A stretch of 64,000 nt of DNA, taken from sequence record MZ475898.1. One strand, written 5' to 3'. The notes beneath the pieces were generated by a model. That model saw only the letters and a list, made by a program, of their open reading frames with translations, searched no databases and was not told the origin of the DNA. Below are positions 17,809 to 26,592 of this stretch, piece after piece. How positions within the stretch are numbered: the stretch's first letter is position 1; each line of letters begins with the position of its first letter. Both the position numbers and the translations under genes were made by a program.

Positions 17809-18221
17809 CTTTGACCGACAGATGAGAGGCGTTCAAGTCTATACGCCTAGCGCACCGAAGAAAGACCCGAACCCCAAAGCGTGTCGTTACTTCACTCGCG
17901 TGTTCGGTGGCAAACAGTTGGTGTGGGGAACGGAAATTAGACCTATACGGGCCGACCGTTTTCTTAACTGAGTCTGTGTTCAAAGCGTGTGCGCTACATC
18001 GTCTCGGTCTCAATGCGTGGTCTGTTTTAGGCTCGAACGTGAGTGACTATTTATACCACCAGCTTAGTCTTCTTGACCTGCGTTTTGTTTGTCTAGGTGA
18101 TGCGGATAAAGCTGGTGAGGAGTTCAGTCAGACGTTTGGTCGTGGTGCTGTTAGTGCCGACTTGGACGAGATGACTGATGAGCAGTTACTCGATTTAACT
18201 CTACCACTATTAAGGAAATAG
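17705..18221 (+). pseudogene. small TOPRIM primase-like gene split by a frameshift near 17933-17937
   Basis: Frame 1 runs ...RQMRGVQVY...RYFT...LVWGTE; the next frame continues LDLYGPTVFLTESVFKA...GDADKAG...DLDE. The second part has no start of its own. Confidence 0.7.
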
Positions 18222-18222
18222 G

Positions 18223-18651
18223 ATGGAACATAAAGTTGTCGTGCGTATTCTCGGACCTGTTGGCAGCGGTAAGTCTTCTGTTTACGCCAAGCTCGTTAAA
18301 GGTCTGACTGATACTGGCGCTATCATCAAACACGCAGATGAGCAAGCGTGGAATATGCTGAATAACAGCGGTGAGGTAACTTCGGCCGACACGGTTCTCG
18401 ATGAGTTTCGCACCGAAGTTACCTTCGAAGAAGTTGTGATTCGTGACGACTACACCAAGTCTAAGAATCAGATCATGCAGTTCTTCGCGTACTCGCATCT
18501 GCCGCCTAACTTGCAAGCGATCAGTAAACCGATTGCGTTGCTCGCTCAGGAGATGGACCAGAATCTGCCTGATGGTGCTGAGAAAGCCGCTGGTCTGCGT
18601 AAGCTGCTTGAAGCGAAAGACTGTCTGGTTCGTGCGCTGGTAGCCAAGTAA
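18223..18651 (+). CDS. P-loop-like N-terminus fused to a helical-hairpin domain (FFAY.HLP...EK.AGLRKLLEAKDC)
   Basis: GPVGSGKS; QFFAYSHLPPNLQAISKP...LPDGAEKAAGLRKLLEAKDCLVRA. Confidence 0.65.
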   Translation: MEHKVVVRILGPVGSGKSSVYAKLVKGLTDTGAIIKHADEQAWNMLNNSGEVTSADTVLDEFRTEVTFEEVVIRDDYTKSKNQIMQFFAYSHLPPNLQAISKPIALLAQEMDQNLPDGAEKAAGLRKLLEAKDCLVRALVAK

Positions 18652-18665
18652 CTCGGAGAGCAAAC

Positions 18666-19055
18666 ATGCCTAATTTTATTCGCCCTCCTTCATTACTCAA
18701 GTCAGTGCCTACGTCGTCAACTGTAGAAGCAACTGACATTTTCGCATCACTCGCACCTATCAACAACGTAATTAACCTAAGTGCCGCTCAAGCTCTGCGC
18801 CGTGAGCAAATCGGTGCTGGTCATGTTGAGCAGTTCTCTGAGGCTATTGGTCTGCATCCAGAAGACCCTGCTCCTGAAAATGATCTTGTCAGCGTTCCAG
18901 CGATCACTTTCTCATTTGAAGGAGATGCATGTGAGACCTGGTATTTCTGCGGACCTGAACGTACTCTAGCTGAATGGGCTGTAGTGCGTGATGCCGTTGA
19001 ACAATCTTTTGTTGATAATTCATACCATCATGATATGAACTTCGAAATCAACTAA
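18666..19055 (+). CDS. hypothetical protein (129 aa)
   Basis: GGAG RBS; ends before a terminator. Confidence 0.6.
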   Translation: MPNFIRPPSLLKSVPTSSTVEATDIFASLAPINNVINLSAAQALRREQIGAGHVEQFSEAIGLHPEDPAPENDLVSVPAITFSFEGDACETWYFCGPERTLAEWAVVRDAVEQSFVDNSYHHDMNFEIN

Positions 19056-19061
19056 CAACAC

Positions 19062-19087
19062 AAAGGGTGGCTTCGGCTGCCCTTTTT
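19062..19087 (+). terminator. intrinsic terminator with UUCG loop
   Basis: AAAGGGTGGC-TTCG-GCTGCCC-TTTTT. Confidence 0.85.
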
Positions 19088-19089
19088 CG

Positions 19090-19099
19090 ATCTGTAAAT
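19090..19099 (+). promoter_or_regulatory. ATCTGTAAAT motif
   Basis: Intergenic, right after the terminator, 31 nt upstream of ATG 19130. Confidence 0.6.
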
Positions 19100-19129
19100 A
19101 ACTCGTATAACATCTAACGAGAAGCTACC

Positions 19130-19531
19130 ATGAGACCTGAAAACATTTCACGCACCTATCGCGTCGGTCAGTCTGACCTGGAGAAAGCACACAACGTCTG
19201 CGGAGAGAACAATGTAACACTCTCAGATGTGGTACGCAGATACATCGAAAGAATCGTACTGACTGAGGGTGAGTTCCTTATGAGCGAGCGTAAGCACGTA
19301 CCTGAGTCTCAACTGAATGTACGCCTGCCCTTTTACATTGCGCACTCCTTTGCATCTGTGTGTAAGTCTCGTGGTACGTTAGCCTCTAAAACCATTCTCA
19401 ACTTTGTCAGGAATATTGCTCTTTCAGGTACTATCCCTGAGGAGTTAAAGTACGCCTCAGACACAGAGTTGCGTGCCTATATTACCTCCGAGCGCTCTCG
19501 CCTCGATGCACTGGAAGCAAAACTTAAATGA
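19130..19531 (+). CDS. tandem ribbon-helix-helix DNA-binding protein
   Basis: Two RHH-like units: RTYRV...TLSDVVRRYIE and QLNVRL...LASKTILNFV. Confidence 0.6.
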   Translation: MRPENISRTYRVGQSDLEKAHNVCGENNVTLSDVVRRYIERIVLTEGEFLMSERKHVPESQLNVRLPFYIAHSFASVCKSRGTLASKTILNFVRNIALSGTIPEELKYASDTELRAYITSERSRLDALEAKLK

Positions 19532-20367
19532 TTCTAACTAGCCCCATTCGCTATCAGGGTAACAAGCGCACTCTGATGCCTCTTATTCTCGAACATGCGC
19601 CTGTGAAGGATTGCGTTCGCATGATAGACGCATTCGGTGGTAGTGGTACTGTTGCGCTCAACATGCCTCACAAGTTTCGCATCTACAATGAACTGAGCAC
19701 GCCTGTGTTTGAGATCGTCCAGCTGCTTGCGCATCAAGACCCGAAGAAAACATTGGGTCAGATTAAGCGTATCGTCAAGCGTTTTTGTCTAACCAATAGC
19801 AGCCAAGACAACTACGACATGTTCCGTGCGTATGTGCAGAAGAAGCCAAGTCCGTTGTTCCATTACATCGCACACAGGCACGCACGCTCTAACATGCTGC
19901 GCTTCAACCAGAAAGGTATCTACAACGTGCCCTTCGGTGAGCGTGGCCTGATTGGTAAGTTCGATCAGCTTGAACAGGAGCTGGTGCAGTTCCACGAGCG
20001 TATGCAGAACACGCACATCACCAACATGCGCTATAACCTGTTGCTCAAGTCTGTGTCAAAGCATATCGGACCGAACACGTTCATTTACTTTGACCCTCCA
20101 TATCTTGCTAGTGGTGCAATGCAGTACGGCAAGTGGACTGAGCACAACGAGCGCAACCTGTTGTCCGTGCTTGAATATCTGAATCGTCAAGGCTGCCCGT
20201 GGATGTTGAGCAACGTTCTCCAACATCGTCATCACACTAACGACCTGCTCAAGCGCTGGCTAAAGAAACACGCAACGACTGTCATCTATCCTGACAAGTC
20301 TTATTCAATGGCCAACTCTCATTCCGATAGTCACAGCACTATCGAGATTCTGGCAATGAACTACTGA
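19528..20367 (+). CDS. dam: Dam-type (D12 class) DNA adenine methyltransferase
   Basis: SPIRYQGNK, IDAFGGSGTV, IYNEL, YFDPPY. Confidence 0.9.
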   Translation: MILTSPIRYQGNKRTLMPLILEHAPVKDCVRMIDAFGGSGTVALNMPHKFRIYNELSTPVFEIVQLLAHQDPKKTLGQIKRIVKRFCLTNSSQDNYDMFRAYVQKKPSPLFHYIAHRHARSNMLRFNQKGIYNVPFGERGLIGKFDQLEQELVQFHERMQNTHITNMRYNLLLKSVSKHIGPNTFIYFDPPYLASGAMQYGKWTEHNERNLLSVLEYLNRQGCPWMLSNVLQHRHHTNDLLKRWLKKHATTVIYPDKSYSMANSHSDSHSTIEILAMNY

Positions 20368-20374
20368 GGTACAA

Positions 20375-20761
20375 ATGGTCAAACAGTATTGTGCCGATAA
20401 GTACGAGGGGGATCTTGAGGGTCACCCTGTTGTGCTGCTGCTATCGTTTAAGATAGGTGGCCCTACGCCTATGCGAATCTCAGGACGTGACCTGTATCGC
20501 TATCTGGGCATAAGCAAGAACTACAGTAGCTGGGTAAACGACTCTATTGCTGACTGTGGTCTTGTCGAGAACTCGGACTATGTGATTGAGTGGTTCAAGT
20601 CAGATGCGAATGGGCATTCGATAGAACACAAATTCACACAGCACGCCGCCATTGAGATTGCAATGCGCGGACGGAGTGTATTGTCTAAACGTATTCGTCG
20701 ATCTGTGTGTCGTCGAGATGGCTTCATTCGATTTGTAGGAGAACATAATGAACAAGATTGA
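20375..20761 (+). CDS. AntA/AntB antirepressor-like protein
   Basis: ISGRDLYRYLG.SKNYSSWV...LVENSDY...FTQHAAIEIAM. Confidence 0.7.
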   Translation: MVKQYCADKYEGDLEGHPVVLLLSFKIGGPTPMRISGRDLYRYLGISKNYSSWVNDSIADCGLVENSDYVIEWFKSDANGHSIEHKFTQHAAIEIAMRGRSVLSKRIRRSVCRRDGFIRFVGEHNEQD

Positions 20762-21212
20762 AGAACTGCGCAGCCGTCTTGCTGCTGCATTGGGCTTTCG
20801 TGTTAAGTCTCTGAACGGGGCTGACCACTACGTTGACGGCGATGATGTTCTCGGCCTAGTCGAGCATTGGCTGCCAGATGAGCCTCAGCACATCCTTGCG
20901 GTTATTGAGCGTTATGGTCTGAAAGTCGAACGTATGGTCAAAGAAGGCACTCGCCCTCGACCTGGTGACGAGCCTGTGTTCGTTTTCTGCGTGAGATCAA
21001 AGACTCTGGTATACCGCAGCCTATCTGAGAGTAATCTCGCACGCAGTAGTCTGCCTTACGTATCAGGCAACACCCTGACTGAGGCTGTTCTCCTGTGGGC
21101 TGTGTTGCGTGCGGAGCGCATTGTTGCATATAAGGCCGACCCACTAATGTCTAGCGCCTACAACTTCGACAGACTGGAAGAGCTGGTATACATAACGCGG
21201 TTTGGAGAATAG
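20748..21212 (+). CDS. hypothetical protein, possible phage ABA-sandwich-like
   Basis: ORF in operon; weak pattern only. Confidence 0.55.
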   Translation: MNKIEELRSRLAAALGFRVKSLNGADHYVDGDDVLGLVEHWLPDEPQHILAVIERYGLKVERMVKEGTRPRPGDEPVFVFCVRSKTLVYRSLSESNLARSSLPYVSGNTLTEAVLLWAVLRAERIVAYKADPLMSSAYNFDRLEELVYITRFGE

Positions 21213-21213
21213 T

Positions 21214-21516
21214 ATGGATGCACCCGAAGGTACTAACTTAAAGCTGTGGTCTATTGCGAAGCGTATGGACCGAGTGCTTGAACATGTGGCAAGAGAAGCA
21301 TGGTTCGTGTCTGGCGATCCAAAAGACACCTGCGGCGCTGTTGCGTGGGCGGGCAAATTTGATGATGAGTCTTTGATTGCTCATATTGAAATGCGTGCCG
21401 CCCAGATTGAAGAACGCCGTCGATACACAACACGTATCAGACAAGGCTCTACTGCCTATACGGTAGCGTTAGAGAATCATGCAGACGCTATTTATGCTAA
21501 GTACGGTCGCTCTTGA
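21214..21516 (+). CDS. hypothetical protein (100 aa)
   Basis: ATG with GGAG RBS. Confidence 0.55.
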   Translation: MDAPEGTNLKLWSIAKRMDRVLEHVAREAWFVSGDPKDTCGAVAWAGKFDDESLIAHIEMRAAQIEERRRYTTRIRQGSTAYTVALENHADAIYAKYGRS

Positions 21517-21517
21517 G

Positions 21518-21527
21518 ATCTGTAAAG
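21518..21527 (+). promoter_or_regulatory. ATCTGTAAAG motif variant
   Basis: Intergenic, 30 nt upstream of ATG 21557. Confidence 0.55.
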
Positions 21528-21556
21528 AAACCTAAAGCCATCTAATTGAGGTCAGT

Positions 21557-22279
21557 ATGGAATTCACCTTAGAAGAACAACTCAAAGCCTTGTCTCAGAT
21601 TCGTATCGATCAGATTCAGGCATTTGATCATATCGCTCGTCTGGTGCTGAGAAGCACGGACCCAATGGCACATACTGAACAATGGAAGTCTCACGTATGT
21701 AACGCTATGGGTCTCGATTATTCATTGTGGCCCTACTACAATGAACTGTCCAACTTCATGGTGAGTGGCATGCCTCCGTGCTTGGTTATGTTGCAGATCG
21801 CATGTACAACGTTTGTGGGTGCTGACGTGCGGGAGACAATAGCTCGCTTCTCCTCAGTTGACGCAGAGACTGCGCTCAATGCCATGGAGTTTGGTAACAA
21901 GTGGCGTGCAGACAATCAGCGAATCATCTACACAATGAAAGCCATTGATGATCTGCTTGTTTTGTATTCGTCGCTTGTGTCAGATGAAGATGCAGAGGCG
22001 GATGAAAGTCGTTGTATCGGATATCCTGGTATGCCTAACATGCATCCGTATCTGAACATGATCTTCCAGTTGATTGCAGATCATAATATGGTAATTGATG
22101 ATCGCTGGCGCACACCTGCTGAGTGGTTCAATCAGCCTAAGCGCGACTTTGCGCTGATGTACCCGCCGAATCTTTCTGAACAGCATAACGCTATCATCAA
22201 AACGGAAGTTGGTACTATCTATCTTACCAAAGCGCCAAAGCGCGGTGATACCAACTCTAACCATTTACGCTCCGTCTGA
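21557..22279 (+). CDS. hypothetical protein (240 aa)
   Basis: GAGG RBS. Confidence 0.65.
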   Translation: MEFTLEEQLKALSQIRIDQIQAFDHIARLVLRSTDPMAHTEQWKSHVCNAMGLDYSLWPYYNELSNFMVSGMPPCLVMLQIACTTFVGADVRETIARFSSVDAETALNAMEFGNKWRADNQRIIYTMKAIDDLLVLYSSLVSDEDAEADESRCIGYPGMPNMHPYLNMIFQLIADHNMVIDDRWRTPAEWFNQPKRDFALMYPPNLSEQHNAIIKTEVGTIYLTKAPKRGDTNSNHLRSV

Positions 22280-22286
22280 GGTCAGT

Positions 22287-23030
22287 ATGGAACACGAAGA
22301 AAACATTGCAGATCGTCCTGACGTTATCGTCAACGGTTTTCAGTTCAACGATGCCAACACGAAGCTGCTGGCGTATGCGCTTAATCTCCATCGTCTGGGT
22401 GCAAAGATTGGTCCTGAGTTTTGGGCGCAACATATCATTAGCGATGTTGTAGAACAGTCCGACGACGGCTTCGATAAACTTGCAGGCGTGGACGAACCTA
22501 CTCGTCCTATTACGTCTTCTGATTTGCTTATGCATCAACTGACTGTAGTGGGTCCTGTTATCACTCGCCGTGACTTCTGCCTGTTCGACAGCCTTGAGAA
22601 GTGCCGGAATGATGCTGCTGTTGTTCTTGAAGCGCTGGGCAGAGGTCTGCTGCATATGCATGGCTCAATGATTGAGATCTGGGCGATCATTGCGGACAAC
22701 CCTGTTAAAGTGTTGACTGAGAAGCAGGTAAAAAGCCTGGGTCGTGGTGCGCTGCGTTATCTTACCAGTAGCGCTAAGCTGGATGAACAGGACGAGCGGG
22801 TGTCTGTAGCTACGGTACATGCTGACTCTGAGCCTGTGCTGATTCATGTGCCTACAACGCCAGTCGATCAGTACGTGTTTAGCGGTAGCTGGACGCATGT
22901 GTCTCATCTCGGTCCTCGCGCAGACAAGCTGCGTCTGTGGTATTACAACCACCAGCTCACGCGCTTCCGTATGCAGCAACTGCTGAACATCTTCCTCACT
23001 CTCGATTTCCCCGAAAAGTTTAAGGCCTGA
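22287..23030 (+). CDS. hypothetical protein (247 aa)
   Basis: GAGG RBS; start moved to ATG 22287. Confidence 0.65.
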   Translation: MEHEENIADRPDVIVNGFQFNDANTKLLAYALNLHRLGAKIGPEFWAQHIISDVVEQSDDGFDKLAGVDEPTRPITSSDLLMHQLTVVGPVITRRDFCLFDSLEKCRNDAAVVLEALGRGLLHMHGSMIEIWAIIADNPVKVLTEKQVKSLGRGALRYLTSSAKLDEQDERVSVATVHADSEPVLIHVPTTPVDQYVFSGSWTHVSHLGPRADKLRLWYYNHQLTRFRMQQLLNIFLTLDFPEKFKA

Positions 23031-23032
23031 TT

Positions 23033-23377
23033 ATGTCCATCGCGCTCGTTGTAGAAATGAATCATGTGGAACAGATTGACACTGGCTACGAGAACAGTCC
23101 TATCTTTCGCATTCAGTACATCGCAGACAAATCGGTAGCTCCTGCTGATTATATCCGCGAAAAGCTCGTACCGAAAGCATTCCCGTTCGGTGTGGACAAA
23201 GCAGTAGTGCAAGGCCATGACTATATGGTGCTTACTGCTATCATCGACGGTACTGAGCACGATGTTTGTCCTGGCGATCTGCTTGTCTATCACGTTGGTG
23301 GTCGTGTGACGTATATCGCAGGCGCCACCAAAGACTGTCTCGTAATCAACGGAGACGGAACAATTGTCATCAGTTAA
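23033..23377 (+). CDS. hypothetical protein (114 aa)
   Basis: ORF in operon. Confidence 0.55.
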   Translation: MSIALVVEMNHVEQIDTGYENSPIFRIQYIADKSVAPADYIREKLVPKAFPFGVDKAVVQGHDYMVLTAIIDGTEHDVCPGDLLVYHVGGRVTYIAGATKDCLVINGDGTIVIS

Positions 23378-23762
23378 TCAGTTACGTGATCAATTGACCG
23401 AAGCTGAATACGCAGAACTTGAGCGCACGACAGCACGGTCAATCATGGAACAAGTGTGGGCACTACGCGGCTGGACGGTTAAGCTCGACTGGTGCAACTA
23501 TATGTGCGACGACGTTGATTGGTTATTCCATGGTAATGAACGTAAAGCACCAGTTGACCACGCTATGCCGAATTCTGGTGTTGGCACTAGCATTGAGCAG
23601 CATCGCCTTAATGTCGTGTTTACTCCTACTGAGGTTAGCGTTACGAACTCACTGGTAGATAGTCCTGTCACTGGTACTGGTATGTCACTGCGCTGTGCTT
23701 ACTGCGCGTGGCTTTTAGAAATCGAAAAACAAAAGGCTGCCAATGCGCTGCAATCTGACTGA
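23364..23762 (+). CDS. hypothetical protein (132 aa)
   Basis: ORF in operon; start uncertain. Confidence 0.5.
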   Translation: MSSVNQLRDQLTEAEYAELERTTARSIMEQVWALRGWTVKLDWCNYMCDDVDWLFHGNERKAPVDHAMPNSGVGTSIEQHRLNVVFTPTEVSVTNSLVDSPVTGTGMSLRCAYCAWLLEIEKQKAANALQSD

Positions 23763-24258
23763 ACTGCCTATCAAACTCGATCAGGCTGAAAACATTATGG
23801 GCAGCGTGTTTGCGCTTGCTGCTGGCTCTAAGTCCAAACGCCGTGCTACTGCTGCAATGCTCATCCATTTCCATGAAGGCTACCCTACGATCATCAGTAG
23901 TGGTGTCAATGGTACTGTGCCTGGTGAAAGCAACGTGTGTGAGAATGAAGACCTCACTCTGACGTTTGCTCACGTCACCCACGCAGAAGCTAACTGCCTC
24001 AATCGCATGGACGAATACAGTCTGTGGCCAGAAGAAGAGGACATCCTGTTTTGTACTGACAGCCCATGTCCTGATTGTTTGCAGCAACTCGAATCTGCTG
24101 GTGTGCAGACCATCGTTTATGCGCGTGAATACAGACTCACAGAGCACCTGGATAAGTCTGCTATTCGCATGTATTGTCTCGATATTGAGAACGTGAGGGC
24201 GTCTTTGCTGAAATCTGTAAATCGTATAGACGAAGTGATTGCAACCACACCTACTTAA
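23743..24258 (+). CDS. dCMP deaminase
   Basis: SSGVNGT, HAEANC, SPCPDC Zn-deaminase motifs. Confidence 0.9.
   Translation: MRCNLTELPIKLDQAENIMGSVFALAAGSKSKRRATAAMLIHFHEGYPTIISSGVNGTVPGESNVCENEDLTLTFAHVTHAEANCLNRMDEYSLWPEEEDILFCTDSPCPDCLQQLESAGVQTIVYAREYRLTEHLDKSAIRMYCLDIENVRASLLKSVNRIDEVIATTPT
24213..24222 (+). promoter_or_regulatory. ATCTGTAAAT motif
   Basis: Exact copy, 54 nt upstream of ATG 24276. Confidence 0.5.
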
Positions 24259-24275
24259 ATACCATAAGGATTGTC

Positions 24276-24956
24276 ATGATGGACAAGAATCTGACTATTG
24301 AGTTTTTTGCGCCCCGCATTGAAGGAAAGACAGTGCATGTTGGACCTAAGCCTATCGATGCACCTTCTTGGGAAGAGCAGATGGCTACTGTGTCTGGAGA
24401 GACTACCTACCAGATGCGCCAGCGTGCGTTTGACCGCATGGATAAGGAATTCAAATTCACTATTCAAGACATTGCAGATTCTTTGGACTGTCGTGACAAT
24501 CCTTCCAGTCCTACAGGTCGTATTCAAGACCCGTATCGTCCGCGTCTGCACAATATCAATCTTCGCCCTGAACAGGCCGCAGTGCTGCGTGAAGTAATGA
24601 GTCCTCCTCGCCACATGGGTGGCCTGCCTGTTGAGTTAATGCAGGGAACTGAGTCTTCTCTTAATGCCCGCGCTCTCTTTGAGCATACCAAAGAGCATTT
24701 TCGTAAGGAAGGACCTATCGTTACGATTGATAGTATCCCTGTTGAGTTCACACAGAAAGGTGATGACAGTATCGTCATTGCAGAAGATAAGATCGGTCAA
24801 CAGGCGTGGGGGCGCACGCTTCGTATCGACTATGAATCACGTTCTGACTGGTCGATGAATCGCACCAACCGAGCTGCAACGCCTGCTAAAAGCCGCAGCA
24901 AACTTCGCGCAAAGGGTCGTGCTCAAAAGCAAGCACGCAAGCGCCAAAGAGGATAA
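24276..24956 (+). CDS. hypothetical protein with basic C-terminus (226 aa)
   Basis: AAGGA RBS. Confidence 0.6.
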   Translation: MMDKNLTIEFFAPRIEGKTVHVGPKPIDAPSWEEQMATVSGETTYQMRQRAFDRMDKEFKFTIQDIADSLDCRDNPSSPTGRIQDPYRPRLHNINLRPEQAAVLREVMSPPRHMGGLPVELMQGTESSLNARALFEHTKEHFRKEGPIVTIDSIPVEFTQKGDDSIVIAEDKIGQQAWGRTLRIDYESRSDWSMNRTNRAATPAKSRSKLRAKGRAQKQARKRQRG

Positions 24957-24961
24957 CAATA

Positions 24962-25459
24962 ATGAGCGACATTAATCAATTACGCCGCAACTGGTTACAG
25001 TCTATGGACGTGCCTGAAGAGCTGGTGGACAAAGTATGCGGCACTGACATTGAACAGCAAGATCTGTTTGAGCGTCTGAGCGCACAGCAACAACGCAAAG
25101 TAACGATCGGCCTTGCGCTGCTTCATCTGCAAGTGCCTGATGAAATTCGTTTCGATTTGCTCACCAATCATCTGGACGAGACTGAGCGTTTGGTCAAAGA
25201 GCAATTCGAAGAACTGGCAGCACGTCTCGTTAATCAAGTGACGCAGACGGGTTCACCGGAGAAGCAATCAATGACAGGCGGTGTTCGTTTAGCAATGCTG
25301 ATGAACATCCTTGGCTTTGATGATACTACGCTGCACGGTATCATGTCGAACCCCAGCTTGATGCGTCAGGCGGGCCTTGTTGCTATGACTGGCCTTCAAG
25401 ATATGGGACAGAAAATACAGCAACTTTACGACGGAAATAAAAGCAATGAGCCAAAATGA
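24962..25459 (+). CDS. hypothetical protein (165 aa)
   Basis: GAGGA RBS. Confidence 0.6.
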   Translation: MSDINQLRRNWLQSMDVPEELVDKVCGTDIEQQDLFERLSAQQQRKVTIGLALLHLQVPDEIRFDLLTNHLDETERLVKEQFEELAARLVNQVTQTGSPEKQSMTGGVRLAMLMNILGFDDTTLHGIMSNPSLMRQAGLVAMTGLQDMGQKIQQLYDGNKSNEPK

Positions 25460-25583
25460 ATTAGACGATTTCGACATTCCTGATCTGGACGAAGCCGAAC
25501 AACGCGCAGAAGCTAAGCGTGATGGTGGTGGGGAAGTTGTCGAAGCATCTGATGAATGTGAAGGCGGCGCCTGCAAAATCTAA
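25446..25583 (+). CDS. 45-aa acidic peptide ending ECEGGACKI (NrdA C-terminal tail-like)
   Basis: Hand-translated, below the ORF-track cutoff: MSQNELDDFDIPDLDEAEQRAEAKRDGGGEVVEASDECEGGACKI*; fills the gap between two genes. Confidence 0.7.
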   Translation: MSQNELDDFDIPDLDEAEQRAEAKRDGGGEVVEASDECEGGACKI

Positions 25584-25627
25584 TTCATGGGGCCTCGTGC
25601 CCCATTTCTGTTTCTCGGAGAGAACCT

Positions 25628-26062
25628 ATGGACTACGTGATTTTAGATCCTCATGAGCGCGAGTTTATGCTCGACAAGATTCACGGCTGGTATAACTTGA
25701 GCGCACAGAAGTCTGCGTATCTTGATCTCATGACTGACGTTGACCGCATCTTGTCCGAAGTGCGTTTTGCTATCATGGCAGAAAACACTATTCAACGTGC
25801 GCAAGGTCTTGTGGACAAAGCACTGAGTGAATGGTCTGCGCGAAATTCAAGTTGCCCTCATCTGCAAGATCGTTCACGCTTCTGGATTAAGCTATCGCGG
25901 AAAGAATGGCAAGAGCCGGAACTGTTGTTTGTTGAGCGCAGCTCCGAACTCCAGTATCTTGCGACAGGTACCTGCTACGGAACCAACTTGGTTGATGCCC
26001 AGAAATGGCCTGACAACGTTATCTCTAAGGCGTACTACGAAATAAAAGCACGAGGCGTCTGA
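25628..26062 (+). CDS. hypothetical protein (144 aa)
   Basis: GGAG RBS. Confidence 0.6.
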   Translation: MDYVILDPHEREFMLDKIHGWYNLSAQKSAYLDLMTDVDRILSEVRFAIMAENTIQRAQGLVDKALSEWSARNSSCPHLQDRSRFWIKLSRKEWQEPELLFVERSSELQYLATGTCYGTNLVDAQKWPDNVISKAYYEIKARGV

Positions 26063-26592
26063 TGGAAATTGGTTATCGCTGTGTCAACTGCCGCCACGTC
26101 TATCAAGACATTATCGGCAAGTGTGATTGCAACAACGACAAGTTCGTGTTCAAGCGTGTTGCAATCATTGACGTGCCTGACGAGGAAGAAAAGATTCCTC
26201 AACTGAATGAGTTGCATCATTCACGCGGTCCTCGTTTAGTTAACTACCGCAATGGCAGTTCGTGGAATGGCGTGTATGAGTATCAAGGCCTGCATGAGAA
26301 CGGCCGACCTCGCGTAGGCATTCTCGGTAACATGGGCAGTAGCTATGATCATGTAGAAATGTCTAAACAGTTCGGTGATCGTAACATGCAGTCCAACTGT
26401 GTTCTGGCTGCTGCTGGTCCTGAGTTGCTGGAAGTTGCCTACATGTGCTACAACTATTTCAATACGAAGCGCAAGGTGCAGGGCAACAGCCCTAAAACTG
26501 AAATGCGTATCAAACTAATCGCGCAGGCTATTCACGCTGCGACTGACCTTTCCGTATACAAGGAACCGCAAGATGCTCCAGTATCTAAGTGA
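26062..26592 (+). CDS. hypothetical protein with N-terminal CxxC...CxC
   Basis: TGATG coupling. Confidence 0.6.
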   Translation: MEIGYRCVNCRHVYQDIIGKCDCNNDKFVFKRVAIIDVPDEEEKIPQLNELHHSRGPRLVNYRNGSSWNGVYEYQGLHENGRPRVGILGNMGSSYDHVEMSKQFGDRNMQSNCVLAAAGPELLEVAYMCYNYFNTKRKVQGNSPKTEMRIKLIAQAIHAATDLSVYKEPQDAPVSK

